DNA of 64,000 nucleotides. It comes from Candidatus Kaiserbacteria bacterium (GTDB taxonomy: Bacteria > Patescibacteriota > Minisyncoccia > Phycocordibacterales > UBA918). Location of the stretch: NCBI GenBank assembly GCA_016204695.1, contig JACQKD010000004.1:251-64250 (forward strand), in the 5' to 3' direction. Of this stretch, positions 26,230 through 35,351 are shown piece by piece (within the stretch, counting starts at the first letter, position 1; every line of letters starts with the position of its first letter). The notes beneath the pieces are model-generated. The model made no database searches and was not told the DNA's origin. It saw nothing but the letters and a program-made list of their open reading frames with translations. The position numbers and the translations under genes are program-made.

Positions 26230-26475
26230 ATGATTTGGAAAAAATATTTACGTAGGACAGCCGGTGTCATCATATGTATCCTGGGTCTGTTTTCGATGCT
26301 CATACCGCTCATCCCCGGCATAGTGCTTCTGCCGATCGGTCTGTATCTTCTCTCACTTGATTCTCCCGCGCTCAAACGACATCTCGAGCTTCTCTACGTG
26401 CGCTATCCGGTGTTTCTGCGCATACGCGCCTCGTATCGGCGCCTGTTTGGCCGGGGAAGGGACGGCCAAGAATGA
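26230..26475 (+). CDS. Small hypothetical membrane protein (two TM helices).
   Basis: 81 aa, 'VIICILGLFSMLIPLIPGIVLLPIGLYLL', basic C-terminus. Confidence 0.35.
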   Translation: MIWKKYLRRTAGVIICILGLFSMLIPLIPGIVLLPIGLYLLSLDSPALKRHLELLYVRYPVFLRIRASYRRLFGRGRDGQE

Positions 26476-26495
26476 ATGTATGGTATGCTTTCCGC

Positions 26496-27077
26496 ATGAT
26501 CGCAATTGATATCGAAGCGTCGGGCACCGACAACAGGGCACATTCCATCGTCTCGGTCGGGGCCATTGACCTTCGAGACCCCACTCGTCAATTCTATGAC
26601 GAGTGCCGGATCTGGGACGGGGCGCACATCATGGAAAGCGCGCTTGCCGTCAACGGCTTTAGCGAAGCGGAGATCATGGATCCGCAGAAAAAGAGCGAAG
26701 CGGAGCTGGTAGAGGCTCTGCTCGCTTGGATATATGAAGCCGACGAGCGCACGCTTGCCGGACAAAACGTGTCGTTCGATCGTGACTTTATCGAAGCGGC
26801 CGCGCGCCGGGCAGGCATGGAAGCGGATATCGCCTATCGCACCGTGGATACGCATACGCTCTGCTATATGCACATGACGGTGCATGGCCGGAGCGTGCCG
26901 CTTACCAAACACCATTCGGGTCTCGATCTCGACGCCATACTGCGGTACTGCGGCATTCCCGAAGAGCCGACGCCGCACAATGCGCTCACGGGTGCGCTCT
27001 GTCATGCCGAGACAATCTCGCGTCTGCTCTATGGCAAGAAGCTTCTGCCGGAGTTCGAACGGTATGATATGCCATAA
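26496..27077 (+). CDS. DEDDh 3'-5' exonuclease (DnaQ-like).
   Basis: 'MIAIDIEASGTD' Exo I motif, 'GQNVSFDRDFI' Exo II, and 'HHSGLDLDAIL...HNALTGAL' Exo III (H-x4-D). Confidence 0.7.
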   Translation: MIAIDIEASGTDNRAHSIVSVGAIDLRDPTRQFYDECRIWDGAHIMESALAVNGFSEAEIMDPQKKSEAELVEALLAWIYEADERTLAGQNVSFDRDFIEAAARRAGMEADIAYRTVDTHTLCYMHMTVHGRSVPLTKHHSGLDLDAILRYCGIPEEPTPHNALTGALCHAETISRLLYGKKLLPEFERYDMP

Positions 27078-27141
27078 CACGCATGTTTGTCCGCGCGCGA
27101 GTGGTATACTGATACACGTATTTTTGAGATAGGTTCATATT

Positions 27142-27924
27142 ATGTTTGGTATACGAAATAAAGAAAGACAGAAGCGCGGCGGCATGGTATTGCAGGCAGA
27201 TACGGTGGCCGTTGAAAAAGAGCGGATCGCCAATCTTCCGGTCGGGCGCACCGGCGCGAGCCGCGTGGAAGAGGAGTTGCTTTCGGCGAGAGCGAAAGAA
27301 GACGAGGTTGAGTCGTGGCGGGTATTCAAGATACTTGCCGAGCTTGTGGCGGGATTTGATCTCTTGCGCAACTACGACCTCGCGGCGACCATCTTCGGCA
27401 GTTCGCGGTGCGAAGCGGATAACACCGTATACGCCGACGCCGAGATACTCGCCCGGAAGCTCGTGGCGGCGGGGTTTGCGGTGATCACCGGCGGCGCAAA
27501 CGGCGTGATGCAAGCGGCGAACAAGGGTGCCAAAGATGCGGGCGGCGAATCGGTCGGCCTCAATATCACTCTGCCCGCCACCCAGCAGGCAAACGGCTAT
27601 ACGACGCGCAGTCAAGAGTTCCACTACTTTTTCACGCGCAAGGTCATGCTCGCGTTTGCATCCGAGGTGTACATTTTCTTTCCGGGCGGCTATGGCACAC
27701 TCGATGAATTCTTCGAGATCATGACGCTTGTGCAGACAAAAAAGGTCAAGCCGCTTCCGATCATTCTCATCGGGAAGGACTATTGGCAACCCCTGCTGGT
27801 CTGGTTTGAGTCCACGCTTAAAGAGCGATATCGTACGATCGACGAAGGAGATATGCGTATTTATGATCTCGTCGAGACGGTCGACGAGGCGATGGCCATC
27901 ATCAAGAAAAAAGTGGCGTTATAA
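27142..27924 (+). CDS. LOG-family protein (TIGR00730; cytokinin riboside 5'-monophosphate phosphoribohydrolase-like).
   Basis: 'TIFGSSR', 'VITGGANGVMQAANKGA' and 'FPGGYGTLDEFFEIMTLVQTKK' are the LOG signature (PGGxGTxxE). Confidence 0.8.
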   Translation: MFGIRNKERQKRGGMVLQADTVAVEKERIANLPVGRTGASRVEEELLSARAKEDEVESWRVFKILAELVAGFDLLRNYDLAATIFGSSRCEADNTVYADAEILARKLVAAGFAVITGGANGVMQAANKGAKDAGGESVGLNITLPATQQANGYTTRSQEFHYFFTRKVMLAFASEVYIFFPGGYGTLDEFFEIMTLVQTKKVKPLPIILIGKDYWQPLLVWFESTLKERYRTIDEGDMRIYDLVETVDEAMAIIKKKVAL

Positions 27925-27961
27925 TCTTGTTGGGAGATCGGAAGCGGGGAGAAAAAAGAAC

Positions 27962-28954
27962 ATGACAAACGCCTCAACAACCGGCAACGTCGGCACCGGG
28001 ACCGGCAAGTACCGGGAAATACTCGCACAGTTTGACGAACATTCCATACCCGATCTTGATATCGCGGTGCTCGGGGCGCTTGAGCTTTTCGAGACTGCCG
28101 CACTGCCGCCCTTTCCTATCCCCCGGCTGGCGGGGAAGCGCTTGCTGGTGGTCGGCAGTGGCAACGCGGCGGTCGTCGGCCGCTTGCTATTTGACGATGT
28201 GGATGCTCGCTATGCCGACGAGAGCACATATGAGCACGAGTTGGCGACGCACCGAGAACGTATTGATTCGGCCGTGATCGTCTCCGCTTCAGGCGGTAAG
28301 GATGCGGACGGTATTGCCGCGGCGCTGAAGAAAGAAGGGATTCCGCTGTGGCTCCTCACGGCCAACGAGCGTGCTCCCGCTCGCGCCCATGTCGATCCGG
28401 AGCAGGTACTCGTTTTTCCCAAAAATCGGGAACCGTACACTTATAACACCTCGACCTACATGGGTATGCTACTTGCCAAGACCCAAGAGGATCCGAACGC
28501 GATCCTCGGGTTTATTACCGATACAGTCGCCCAAGCCATTCCCGATACACTTGCCAAGTACGACGCGTTTTATTGCATACTGCCGGCGCACTGTATCGGC
28601 ATGAAGGATATGTTGCTTACCAAGTTCGACGAGCTTTTCGGTGCGCGCGTCTCTGCGCGCGCCTTCACTCTCGAAGAGACCATGCATGCCAAGACCGATG
28701 TGCCGTCCGAGACGGAATGCTTTATCAGTTTTGGAGAAGAGAACACGATGTTTGGCGATCCGTCCGCGCGCGTGCATATTCCGCTTCCGTCTCCGCCGAC
28801 CGGCGGAGGGTATGCCGCCATGATGGCAATCGCGTACTATACTATCGGCCAAATTCAGAAACAGCATCCCCCGTATTTTAAAGACAACATCGGACGATAT
28901 GCGGAGGAAGCGTCAAAGTTATTCGGCGAGCGTATTTCTGTAATTGTTGCATAA
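27962..28954 (+). CDS. SIS-domain protein, possibly a bifunctional phosphoglucose/phosphomannose isomerase-like enzyme.
   Basis: ATG at 27962. 'RLLVVGSGNAAVVGRLL' and 'AVIVSASGGKDADGIAAALKKEGIPLWLLTAN' resemble SIS phosphosugar-binding blocks. ~330 aa. Confidence 0.45.
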   Translation: MTNASTTGNVGTGTGKYREILAQFDEHSIPDLDIAVLGALELFETAALPPFPIPRLAGKRLLVVGSGNAAVVGRLLFDDVDARYADESTYEHELATHRERIDSAVIVSASGGKDADGIAAALKKEGIPLWLLTANERAPARAHVDPEQVLVFPKNREPYTYNTSTYMGMLLAKTQEDPNAILGFITDTVAQAIPDTLAKYDAFYCILPAHCIGMKDMLLTKFDELFGARVSARAFTLEETMHAKTDVPSETECFISFGEENTMFGDPSARVHIPLPSPPTGGGYAAMMAIAYYTIGQIQKQHPPYFKDNIGRYAEEASKLFGERISVIVA

Positions 28955-28964
28955 CGTTCTTCCT

Positions 28965-29822
28965 ATGTACGCGCTTTTTGACATCGGGGGAACCAAGACG
29001 CGGGTCGCGGTAAGCGACGATCTGCAAGGATTCGGCGAACCGATAAAATTTGATACGCCGCAGGCGTACGGCGACGGCCTTGCGGCCGTCGCCGACGCGA
29101 TCACAAAACTCGCCGGAGGGAAGCATCTCGACGCCTGCGCCGGCGGCATTCGCGGGCCGCTTCTGCCCGATCACTCCGGTATTGCCGGTGATGACATACT
29201 CATCGACTGGGTAGGGAAGTCCCTTGCGCGTGATTTGGAAAAGCTGACGAATGCGCCGGTGCAGATTGAAAATGATGCCGCACTCGCCGGTCTTGGCGAG
29301 GCACACTTCGGGGCGGGGAAGGGATACCGTATCGTCGCGTACCATACCGTCTCGACCGGGGTCGGGGGCGCACGGATCGTCGACGGAAAGATAGACGCGG
29401 CAAGTAGCGGCTTTGAGCCGGGGCATCAGACCATCGACATTGACAAGACCGTATGTCCGACCTGCGAGAGCGGGGAGCTTGAAGACCTCATTTCAGGCAC
29501 CGCGCTTGAAAAACGCACCGGCAAGAAGCCGAAGGAAACATCCCAGAACGATCCGGTCTGGGACGAGCTTGCGCACTACCTCGCGCACGGGCTCAAGAAT
29601 ACCATCGCCTACTGGTCGCCTGACGTCATCGTGCTCGGCGGCTCTATGATCCTGGGTGACCCGCGCATCAAGCTTGAAGATGTCGAGCGCCATCTCACCG
29701 ACCTCCTTGCCGGCCTCGTGTCTCCGCCATCCGCCGACCGGCGGGTCGGACCGCCCATTAAAGACGCACTTTTGGCCGATGTCGGCGGCCTCTATGGCGC
29801 AATGGCACTCCTAAAAGGATAA
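28965..29822 (+). CDS. ROK-family sugar kinase (glucokinase-like).
   Basis: 'MYALFDIGGTKTRVAV', 'ENDAALAGLGE', 'VSTGVGGARIV', and a Cys cluster 'CPTCESGELE'. Confidence 0.75.
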   Translation: MYALFDIGGTKTRVAVSDDLQGFGEPIKFDTPQAYGDGLAAVADAITKLAGGKHLDACAGGIRGPLLPDHSGIAGDDILIDWVGKSLARDLEKLTNAPVQIENDAALAGLGEAHFGAGKGYRIVAYHTVSTGVGGARIVDGKIDAASSGFEPGHQTIDIDKTVCPTCESGELEDLISGTALEKRTGKKPKETSQNDPVWDELAHYLAHGLKNTIAYWSPDVIVLGGSMILGDPRIKLEDVERHLTDLLAGLVSPPSADRRVGPPIKDALLADVGGLYGAMALLKG

Positions 29823-29949
29823 TTTCTCCCCTAATGGCGGTATTTCCGACTTTCTCGGGTAAGAAGAGATGTGTTATTGCACCAGAAAAGGTGACAAGGG
29901 GGCAAGGAGATTGCGGTTTTTGTGGCTCTATAGAGCCACTTATGTACTC

Positions 29950-30040
29950 ATTGACAGAGGGCGAGAATCATCTTGTAGTATTGACAATACTCAAATATGT
30001 GCTATAGTGGTGGCGTAATCGGTCGCAAGCCGATTTTTTG
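29950..30040 (+). promoter_or_regulatory. Tandem sigma70-like promoters with a palindromic -35 and a short hairpin plus T-run just downstream.
   Basis: TTGACA-17-TGTAGT and TTGACA-16-TATAGT (~29951-30009). Perfect palindrome AGTATTGACAATACT (29978-29992) spans the second -35. AATCGG-tcgcaag-CCGATT hairpin followed by TTTTTT (~30017-30040). Confidence 0.4.
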
Positions 30041-30084
30041 TTAGATAAGACCATTGGCTTATTTTAAGCACGATAGTCGCAGTA

Positions 30085-30501
30085 GTGATTGCAGTATCTT
30101 CGATGACTTCGGTTCCCGAAACTGCATACGGGCACATTGAAATGAAAGAAGACAAGAAGGTAACGACCGCCCTCGCTGCCGCCGAACTAAACGCCACTGA
30201 AATGGCTGTACGGGAGTATTTCAAAGATATCCCCGTTATGGTGCAAATCGCGAAATGCGAGTCGCACTTCCGGCATACACTTGCAGACGGCTCGATTCTT
30301 CGCGGGAAGGTGGACGCGGCAGATCTCGGTGTGATGCAAATCAACACCCGATACCATGCCGCTCGCGCCGCCACCCTTGGTCTTGATCTTCATCTCCTTG
30401 AAGACAATCTCGAATATGCGCGTGACCTGTACGAAGCGCAAGGTACGGTTCCGTGGAATTCTTCCGCGCCGTGCTGGAAGCGCACACTCGCCCAGGCTTA
30501 A
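30085..30501 (+). CDS. Small lysozyme-like / lytic-transglycosylase-like (SLT/Rpf-type) domain protein.
   Basis: 'IAKCESHFRH...DLGVMQINTRYH' matches the E-S ... G-L/V-M-Q-I core of family-1 lytic transglycosylase / transglycosylase-like domains. 138 aa. Confidence 0.5.
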   Translation: MIAVSSMTSVPETAYGHIEMKEDKKVTTALAAAELNATEMAVREYFKDIPVMVQIAKCESHFRHTLADGSILRGKVDAADLGVMQINTRYHAARAATLGLDLHLLEDNLEYARDLYEAQGTVPWNSSAPCWKRTLAQA

Positions 30502-30529
30502 TTTCGGGAACCATTGAAAAGCACTAAAA

Positions 30530-30565
30530 CACAAAACACCGCCGCAAGGCGGTGTTTTGTGTGTC
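30530..30565 (+). terminator. Intrinsic terminator.
   Basis: CACAAAACACCGCC-GCAA-GGCGGTGTTTTGTG: a 14-bp perfect stem, followed by a TGTCTCAAGTTTT tract. Confidence 0.7.
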
Positions 30566-30590
30566 TCAAGTTTTGGGATATCATTGCCGA

Positions 30591-31133
30591 ATGATCTACT
30601 TCATTACTGGCAACAAAGGGAAATACGAGGAAGTGAAAGCGATTCTGCCCGAAGTCGAACAGCTTGATATCGACTTGCCGGAGATACAGGAGATCGATGC
30701 ACATGAAGTGATCAAGGCGAAACTTGAAGCGGCATTCGCACACAAGGAAGGAGAGTTTATCGTCGAGGACATTTCTTTATACCTTGATTGTCTTAATGGG
30801 CTTCCGGGGCCGCTTATCAAGTGGTTCTTGAAAACAATCGGCAATGATGGACTGGCCGAGATTGCCGAAAAATTCGGCAATGACAAAGCGACTGCAAAGA
30901 CGATGATTGGCTATGCGAAAAGTAGTGACGACGTGCACTTTTTCGAAGGAGTGATTGAAGGACGGATTGTGCCGGCGAGAGGGGAGGGGGGATTCGGCTG
31001 GGACCCTATCTTCCTGCCCGACGGACACGATAAGACATTTGCTGAAATGACCGCGGAAGAAAAGAACGAGATCAGCATGCGCCGCATTGCGACCAGCAAG
31101 CTGAAAGAATTTCTAACTGCAAAAAATATATGA
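30591..31133 (+). CDS. rdgB: Non-canonical purine NTP pyrophosphatase (RdgB/HAM1, ITPase).
   Basis: '[15 protein letters not shown]', '[19 protein letters not shown]', '[19 protein letters not shown]', '[10 protein letters not shown]'. Confidence 0.85.
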   Translation: MIYFITGNKGKYEEVKAILPEVEQLDIDLPEIQEIDAHEVIKAKLEAAFAHKEGEFIVEDISLYLDCLNGLPGPLIKWFLKTIGNDGLAEIAEKFGNDKATAKTMIGYAKSSDDVHFFEGVIEGRIVPARGEGGFGWDPIFLPDGHDKTFAEMTAEEKNEISMRRIATSKLKEFLTAKNI

Positions 31134-31462
31134 TCAGCTATGAAGATTTCGAGAAGGTGGACGTCAGGGTAGGGGAGATCATTGAGGTCGAGGATTTTCC
31201 TGAAGCGAGAAAACCGGCATATAAATTGACCATTGATTTCGGGCCGGAGATCGGCATCAAGAAATCGTCCGCGCAGATCACGAAGCACTACACAAAGAAG
31301 GAACTTGTCGGCAGGCAAGTGCTCGGCGTTGTGAACTTTGCCCCGAAACAAATCGGACCATTCATTTCCGAGGCCCTTACACTGGGGCTTCCTGATGGAG
31401 AAGAGGGTGTGGTGCCGATAGTCCCAACAGAGGACGTGCCGAAGGGAGGCAAGATGTTTTGA
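31130..31462 (+). CDS. tRNA-binding protein (CsaA/Trbp111, OB-fold tRNA_bind domain).
   Basis: '[29 protein letters not shown]...[19 protein letters not shown]' is the tRNA_bind signature. ATGA overlap with rdgB. Confidence 0.8.
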   Translation: MISYEDFEKVDVRVGEIIEVEDFPEARKPAYKLTIDFGPEIGIKKSSAQITKHYTKKELVGRQVLGVVNFAPKQIGPFISEALTLGLPDGEEGVVPIVPTEDVPKGGKMF

Positions 31463-31471
31463 GGTCTGCGT

Positions 31472-32431
31472 CTACTGCGTGCCGCCGTGGAATTTCTCGT
31501 GGACGTCGCGCAGGCGCTTATTGGTGAGGTGGGTGTAGATCTGTGTTGTTGCGACATTGCGATGCCCGAGAAGCTCCTGGACACTACGCAGATCGGCGCC
31601 GTTACCTAACAGGTCGGTGGCGTAGGTGTGGCGAAGCGTGTGGGGTGTCACCTTTTTTGAGAGGCCGGCAAGTATTGCGCATCGTGAGATTGTCTGCTCT
31701 ATGGAACGCGGGGAGAGCCGTTTGTTCTCGGTGCGCGAACTGTAGTTGATAAACAAAGGAGTATGGACATCGGTGCGTGTCTTGATGTAGTCGCGCAACC
31801 AGAGAGCCGCACGCGGCGAAATGAAAATCGTGCGTACGTGTTTTCCTTTGCCGACGATGGAGAGCTCGTATGTGCGCGTCGTACTGTTGTCCTCAAGCAT
31901 CGACAACTGGTCGATGTTGAGCGCGGTGAGTTCGGAGATGCGCATGCCGGAAGAAAACAACAGCTCCATGATGGTACGGTCGCGCAGGCCCGTCGGCGAG
32001 GTGACATCCGGCACTTTGAGCATCTTTTCTATGTCGCGCACTTCAAGGAAGGTAATCGTTTCTTCGTCCTTTTGTTTGGCGAGCTTCACTTTGACCGACG
32101 GCAGACATTCGATGTCCCGCTCCGCGAGAAAATCCAACAGTGCGCGCAATGCGATCAGGTAATAATTTTGCGATTTTTTCGAGAGGTATCCGCCACTGTG
32201 CGTTCTGTGTTTGCGTGCGAGATAGAGTCGGTAGTCCCAGATATGTTCTGCGGAGAGCTGGTGGGGGAGCAGGGAAGGGTGGCCCGCTTCCCTCAACCAC
32301 TTCACAAAAAGCTTCAAATACTGTTCGTAATTGCGTTGGGTATTATTCGAAAGACCTTTCTCGATTTCGCAGTATTCGAGGAAGGGAAGAATGTATTCGG
32401 TGATCGGTTCGGTGCTCTTGACAGGTCTCAT
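31472..32431 (-). CDS. Tyrosine site-specific recombinase, XerC/XerD family.
   Basis: N-terminal SAM-like domain, C-terminal 'RDRTIMELLFSSGMRISELTALNI', 'HTLRHTYATDLLGNGADLRSVQELLGHRNVATTQIYTH' with the R-H-R-Y catalytic residues. Confidence 0.85.
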   Translation of the reverse strand: MRPVKSTEPITEYILPFLEYCEIEKGLSNNTQRNYEQYLKLFVKWLREAGHPSLLPHQLSAEHIWDYRLYLARKHRTHSGGYLSKKSQNYYLIALRALLDFLAERDIECLPSVKVKLAKQKDEETITFLEVRDIEKMLKVPDVTSPTGLRDRTIMELLFSSGMRISELTALNIDQLSMLEDNSTTRTYELSIVGKGKHVRTIFISPRAALWLRDYIKTRTDVHTPLFINYSSRTENKRLSPRSIEQTISRCAILAGLSKKVTPHTLRHTYATDLLGNGADLRSVQELLGHRNVATTQIYTHLTNKRLRDVHEKFHGGTQ

Positions 32432-32437
32432 AGGGGG

Positions 32438-32600
32438 GTGTGGATAACTCTGCTATCCCAGATTAGCTGATTCGCACAATATATGTAAAGCGAACTAATC
32501 CACAGTTTTCCTGTGGTATTAATTCACTTTGCATATCGCAGATTTTACAAACCCCTTGGTTCTCCAATAATCTGCTCAAAGCGAACTAATCAACAGTTTG
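32438..32600. repeat. xerC/D-family upstream region: perfect DnaA box, 21-bp direct repeat pair containing DnaA-box-like cores, and a dif-like AT core.
   Basis: TGTGGATAA (32438-32446). AAAGCGAACTAATCCACAGTTT (32486-32507) and AAAGCGAACTAATCAACAGTTT (32578-32599). TTCGCACAATATATGTAAAGCG (~32470-32492) weakly resembles XerCD dif sites. Confidence 0.4.
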
Positions 32601-32662
32601 TTTTATTTTAATCCGCTTTCTGTGCCCCGGCTCTTCCATGGCCGTTCACACACACTTTCTTG

Positions 32663-33976
32663 CTACAGCGGCGGCAAATACAGCAACGGATTGAGATATC
32701 CGGTGTATGCCGCTATGGGGATCGTCAGCGTCACTCCGCTGTTGCAGGTATATTGCTTAAACGTGACCGCGTCCGATGCGTACACCGTAAAATGCAGGTG
32801 CGGTCCCGTGGCGTAACCGGTGTCTCCGCTGTAGCCGATAACATCGCCGGTCGATACTGCCGCGCCCTGATTGACATTGACGACGGAGAGGTGCGCGTAG
32901 AGCGTGGTGAGGCCGTTGGCGTGCCGTATGACGATCCATTTACCATACTGACACATGGGAGCGACCTGTGTATTGACCGCGAGCACGTTGCCCGAAAGCG
33001 CCGCACGCACCGGAGTGCCGCGCGGTATGCCAAAGTCGACGCCGTTGTGTCCGGAGCCGTTATATGCGGCGGTGCGAGCAAAAGCGGTATTTCCGAACTC
33101 CTGGGTGATGCGGATGGAATCGAGCGGCCAACTCAATGCGGTGGTACCGGCGGTCGGGATGCTTGCAGGGTCAAGCGTAAATTGCAACTTTGCTTCGAGC
33201 TCCCGGAGTTCTTTCTCGAACTGCGCCTTGGCGGCCTGTTTCTCCGCCAAAAGACTCTGATAACTTGCCTCTTGGTTTCTCGTCTGGGCGAGGAGCTGGC
33301 TTTTTTCGGATCTGTTTACGTCAAGCACTTTCTGTTGGCCCGAATACTGGTCTTTGAGCGCGACAAGATCGCCGCGCTTCGCGTGATGCTCGGTCACTTT
33401 TTCTTCGAGTATGTTTTGCAGATCGGTAAGATCGCGCATGCGCTCGTCCATGACCGCACGCACCTGCGCCATGCCGTCGAGCGCGGCCCATGCCTCGGAG
33501 AGATTGTCGTGAATGAGCAATACCTCGACAAGAGAAAGATTGTCCTGCTCGTGCATACGGCGGACCATTTCTTCCACAGCGAGGCGATTGCGGTCAATAC
33601 GGCCTCCGGTCTCTTCTATCTCGAGATCAAGTTTCTGAATTTCAAGATCGGTCGCGCCGATCTTGTTTTGCGTGTAGCTCAAGTCGCTCTGCACTTTTTT
33701 GCGCTCAAGCTCTAGCTGGCGGATGGCGTTTTGAAGGGTTGCTTTTTCCCCGCCCACTTTTTGCAATTCTTGCTGGTATTGCGCGATTTCCGCCTCAATC
33801 TGCTTCAGCCGGTTGTTTCGGTCGGCAATGCCCTCTTTCAGGCGGGCTACCTCCGAAGAAACATCCGAGGGGGGTTGTGTCTGCGCAAATGCAAACTCTC
33901 GCGCGTAGTGAGCGCTTGATACGAAAAAAGATCCGATAAAAACACCCGCAAGAAAGGAACGGATTTGCCTCTTCAT
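32663..33976 (-). CDS. M23-family peptidase with an N-terminal coiled coil (EnvC/NlpD-like murein hydrolase).
   Basis: Signal/TM, ~250 aa of heptad-rich coiled coil, then 'HNGVDFGIPRGTPVRAALSGNV...GDTGYATGPHLHF', the LytM/M23 zinc motifs. Confidence 0.8.
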   Translation of the reverse strand: MKRQIRSFLAGVFIGSFFVSSAHYAREFAFAQTQPPSDVSSEVARLKEGIADRNNRLKQIEAEIAQYQQELQKVGGEKATLQNAIRQLELERKKVQSDLSYTQNKIGATDLEIQKLDLEIEETGGRIDRNRLAVEEMVRRMHEQDNLSLVEVLLIHDNLSEAWAALDGMAQVRAVMDERMRDLTDLQNILEEKVTEHHAKRGDLVALKDQYSGQQKVLDVNRSEKSQLLAQTRNQEASYQSLLAEKQAAKAQFEKELRELEAKLQFTLDPASIPTAGTTALSWPLDSIRITQEFGNTAFARTAAYNGSGHNGVDFGIPRGTPVRAALSGNVLAVNTQVAPMCQYGKWIVIRHANGLTTLYAHLSVVNVNQGAAVSTGDVIGYSGDTGYATGPHLHFTVYASDAVTFKQYTCNSGVTLTIPIAAYTGYLNPLLYLPPL

Positions 33977-33986
33977 GTGCCGAAAA

Positions 33987-35351
33987 TTATACCACGAGGG
34001 CGGCGCGAGCCGCCGCTATCCGTCGGAGCGCCTCGTCTCTGCCGAGTATGTAGATGAGTGTAAAGGGATCGGGGGACTTTTCCCGTCCCGAAAGAGCGAC
34101 ACGCAGGGGCCAGAGGACTTCCCCCCTTCCCTCTTGCTCGGCGTATTCCCAAACGGCTTCTTTCGCTTCATCGGCAGTCGGAAATGACGGCAGTGCGCCG
34201 ATGATTCCGGCGAGTTTCTCAAGACGGGGAAGTACGACGGTCGGAGAGGGGTCTTTTTTCCACGCAAGCGTGGCGGTCGGCGGATTGGGAGCAAAGAACG
34301 CGAAGTCGTACTCCCCCGCCTCCGCATCGCGCGAGATGTCGGCAAGTATCGTCGTGCGGTCTTGTATGGTCGGCAGAAGACGTTCGAAGCGTCCCGCGTG
34401 CTCGACTTCCGAAAGAAGCGATGTGATTCGTTCCGGCAAGCGGTGTGCGGCCAATGCTTTGAAGTCGGTCTCGGGAATCTTCTTGACGTATTCTCGGTTG
34501 AACCACAAGAGCTTGTCGATGTTGAACACCCCGGCGCTTTTCTGGATACCTCCGAAGTCGAATCGCTCGACAAGCTCGGGGAGCGTGAAAAATTCTTCAT
34601 CGGTACCCGGACTCCAGCCGATGAGGGCGAGGAAGTTGGTAAGCGCTTCTTTGAGATAGCCGGTCTCGCGGTACTCGTGGAGAGAGGTGGCGCCGTGGCG
34701 TTTCGAGAGCTTTTTGCGGTCGGGCGCGAGAATGATCGGCAGGTGCGCGTAGACGGGCCGCGGCGCGCCGATGGCTTCCTGGATAAGTATCTGTCGCGGC
34801 GTGTTGGAGATATGCTCTTCCCCGCGGATGATATGGGTGACGCCCATATCTGAATCGTCGGCGACCACGGCGAAATGATACACCGGATCATCGATCGCGC
34901 GCGCGATCACGATGTCGCCGAGCTCGGTCGTATCAAAAGTGATCTCGCCGCGAATTTCGTCGACGAAGGTGATGATTTTGCCGGGATTTTTCAGTCGCAC
35001 GACTTCCGCCGTCTCTCCCGGCGTGAGCTTACTCTCTTCTTTCGAGAGATATGCCTTTCCCTCCCCCACCAGCTTCTCAAGATATGTTTGGTGGATGTCT
35101 TTGCGTTCCGACTGGCGATGGAATTCGTCCCAAGAGAGGCCGAGCCATGCAAGGTCGTCGAGATTGGCAGACTCATATTCGCGTTTGCTTCTGGCACGGT
35201 CGGTATCTTCGGAGCGGAAGATGATCCTGCCCCCATGCTTTTTTGCGAAGAGATAGCTGAAAAGAAGCGTGCGCACGTTGCCGATATGCACGTACCCGGT
35301 CGGGCTCGGGGGGAAGCGTACTATGACGTGGCTGTCGTGTTTAGCGTTCAT
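33987..35351 (-). CDS. gltX: Glutamate--tRNA ligase.
   Basis: 'RFPPSPTGYVHIGNVRTLLFSYL' (HIGH) and 'KKLSKRHGATSL' (KMSKS). ~455 aa. Confidence 0.9.
   Translation of the reverse strand: MNAKHDSHVIVRFPPSPTGYVHIGNVRTLLFSYLFAKKHGGRIIFRSEDTDRARSKREYESANLDDLAWLGLSWDEFHRQSERKDIHQTYLEKLVGEGKAYLSKEESKLTPGETAEVVRLKNPGKIITFVDEIRGEITFDTTELGDIVIARAIDDPVYHFAVVADDSDMGVTHIIRGEEHISNTPRQILIQEAIGAPRPVYAHLPIILAPDRKKLSKRHGATSLHEYRETGYLKEALTNFLALIGWSPGTDEEFFTLPELVERFDFGGIQKSAGVFNIDKLLWFNREYVKKIPETDFKALAAHRLPERITSLLSEVEHAGRFERLLPTIQDRTTILADISRDAEAGEYDFAFFAPNPPTATLAWKKDPSPTVVLPRLEKLAGIIGALPSFPTADEAKEAVWEYAEQEGRGEVLWPLRVALSGREKSPDPFTLIYILGRDEALRRIAAARAALVV

Noticed and set aside
32470-32496. Calling a bona fide dif site.
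   Set aside because: Only ~7/11 matches to the conserved XerD arm and a poor XerC arm. Kept as a weak resemblance inside the finding rather than as a feature.
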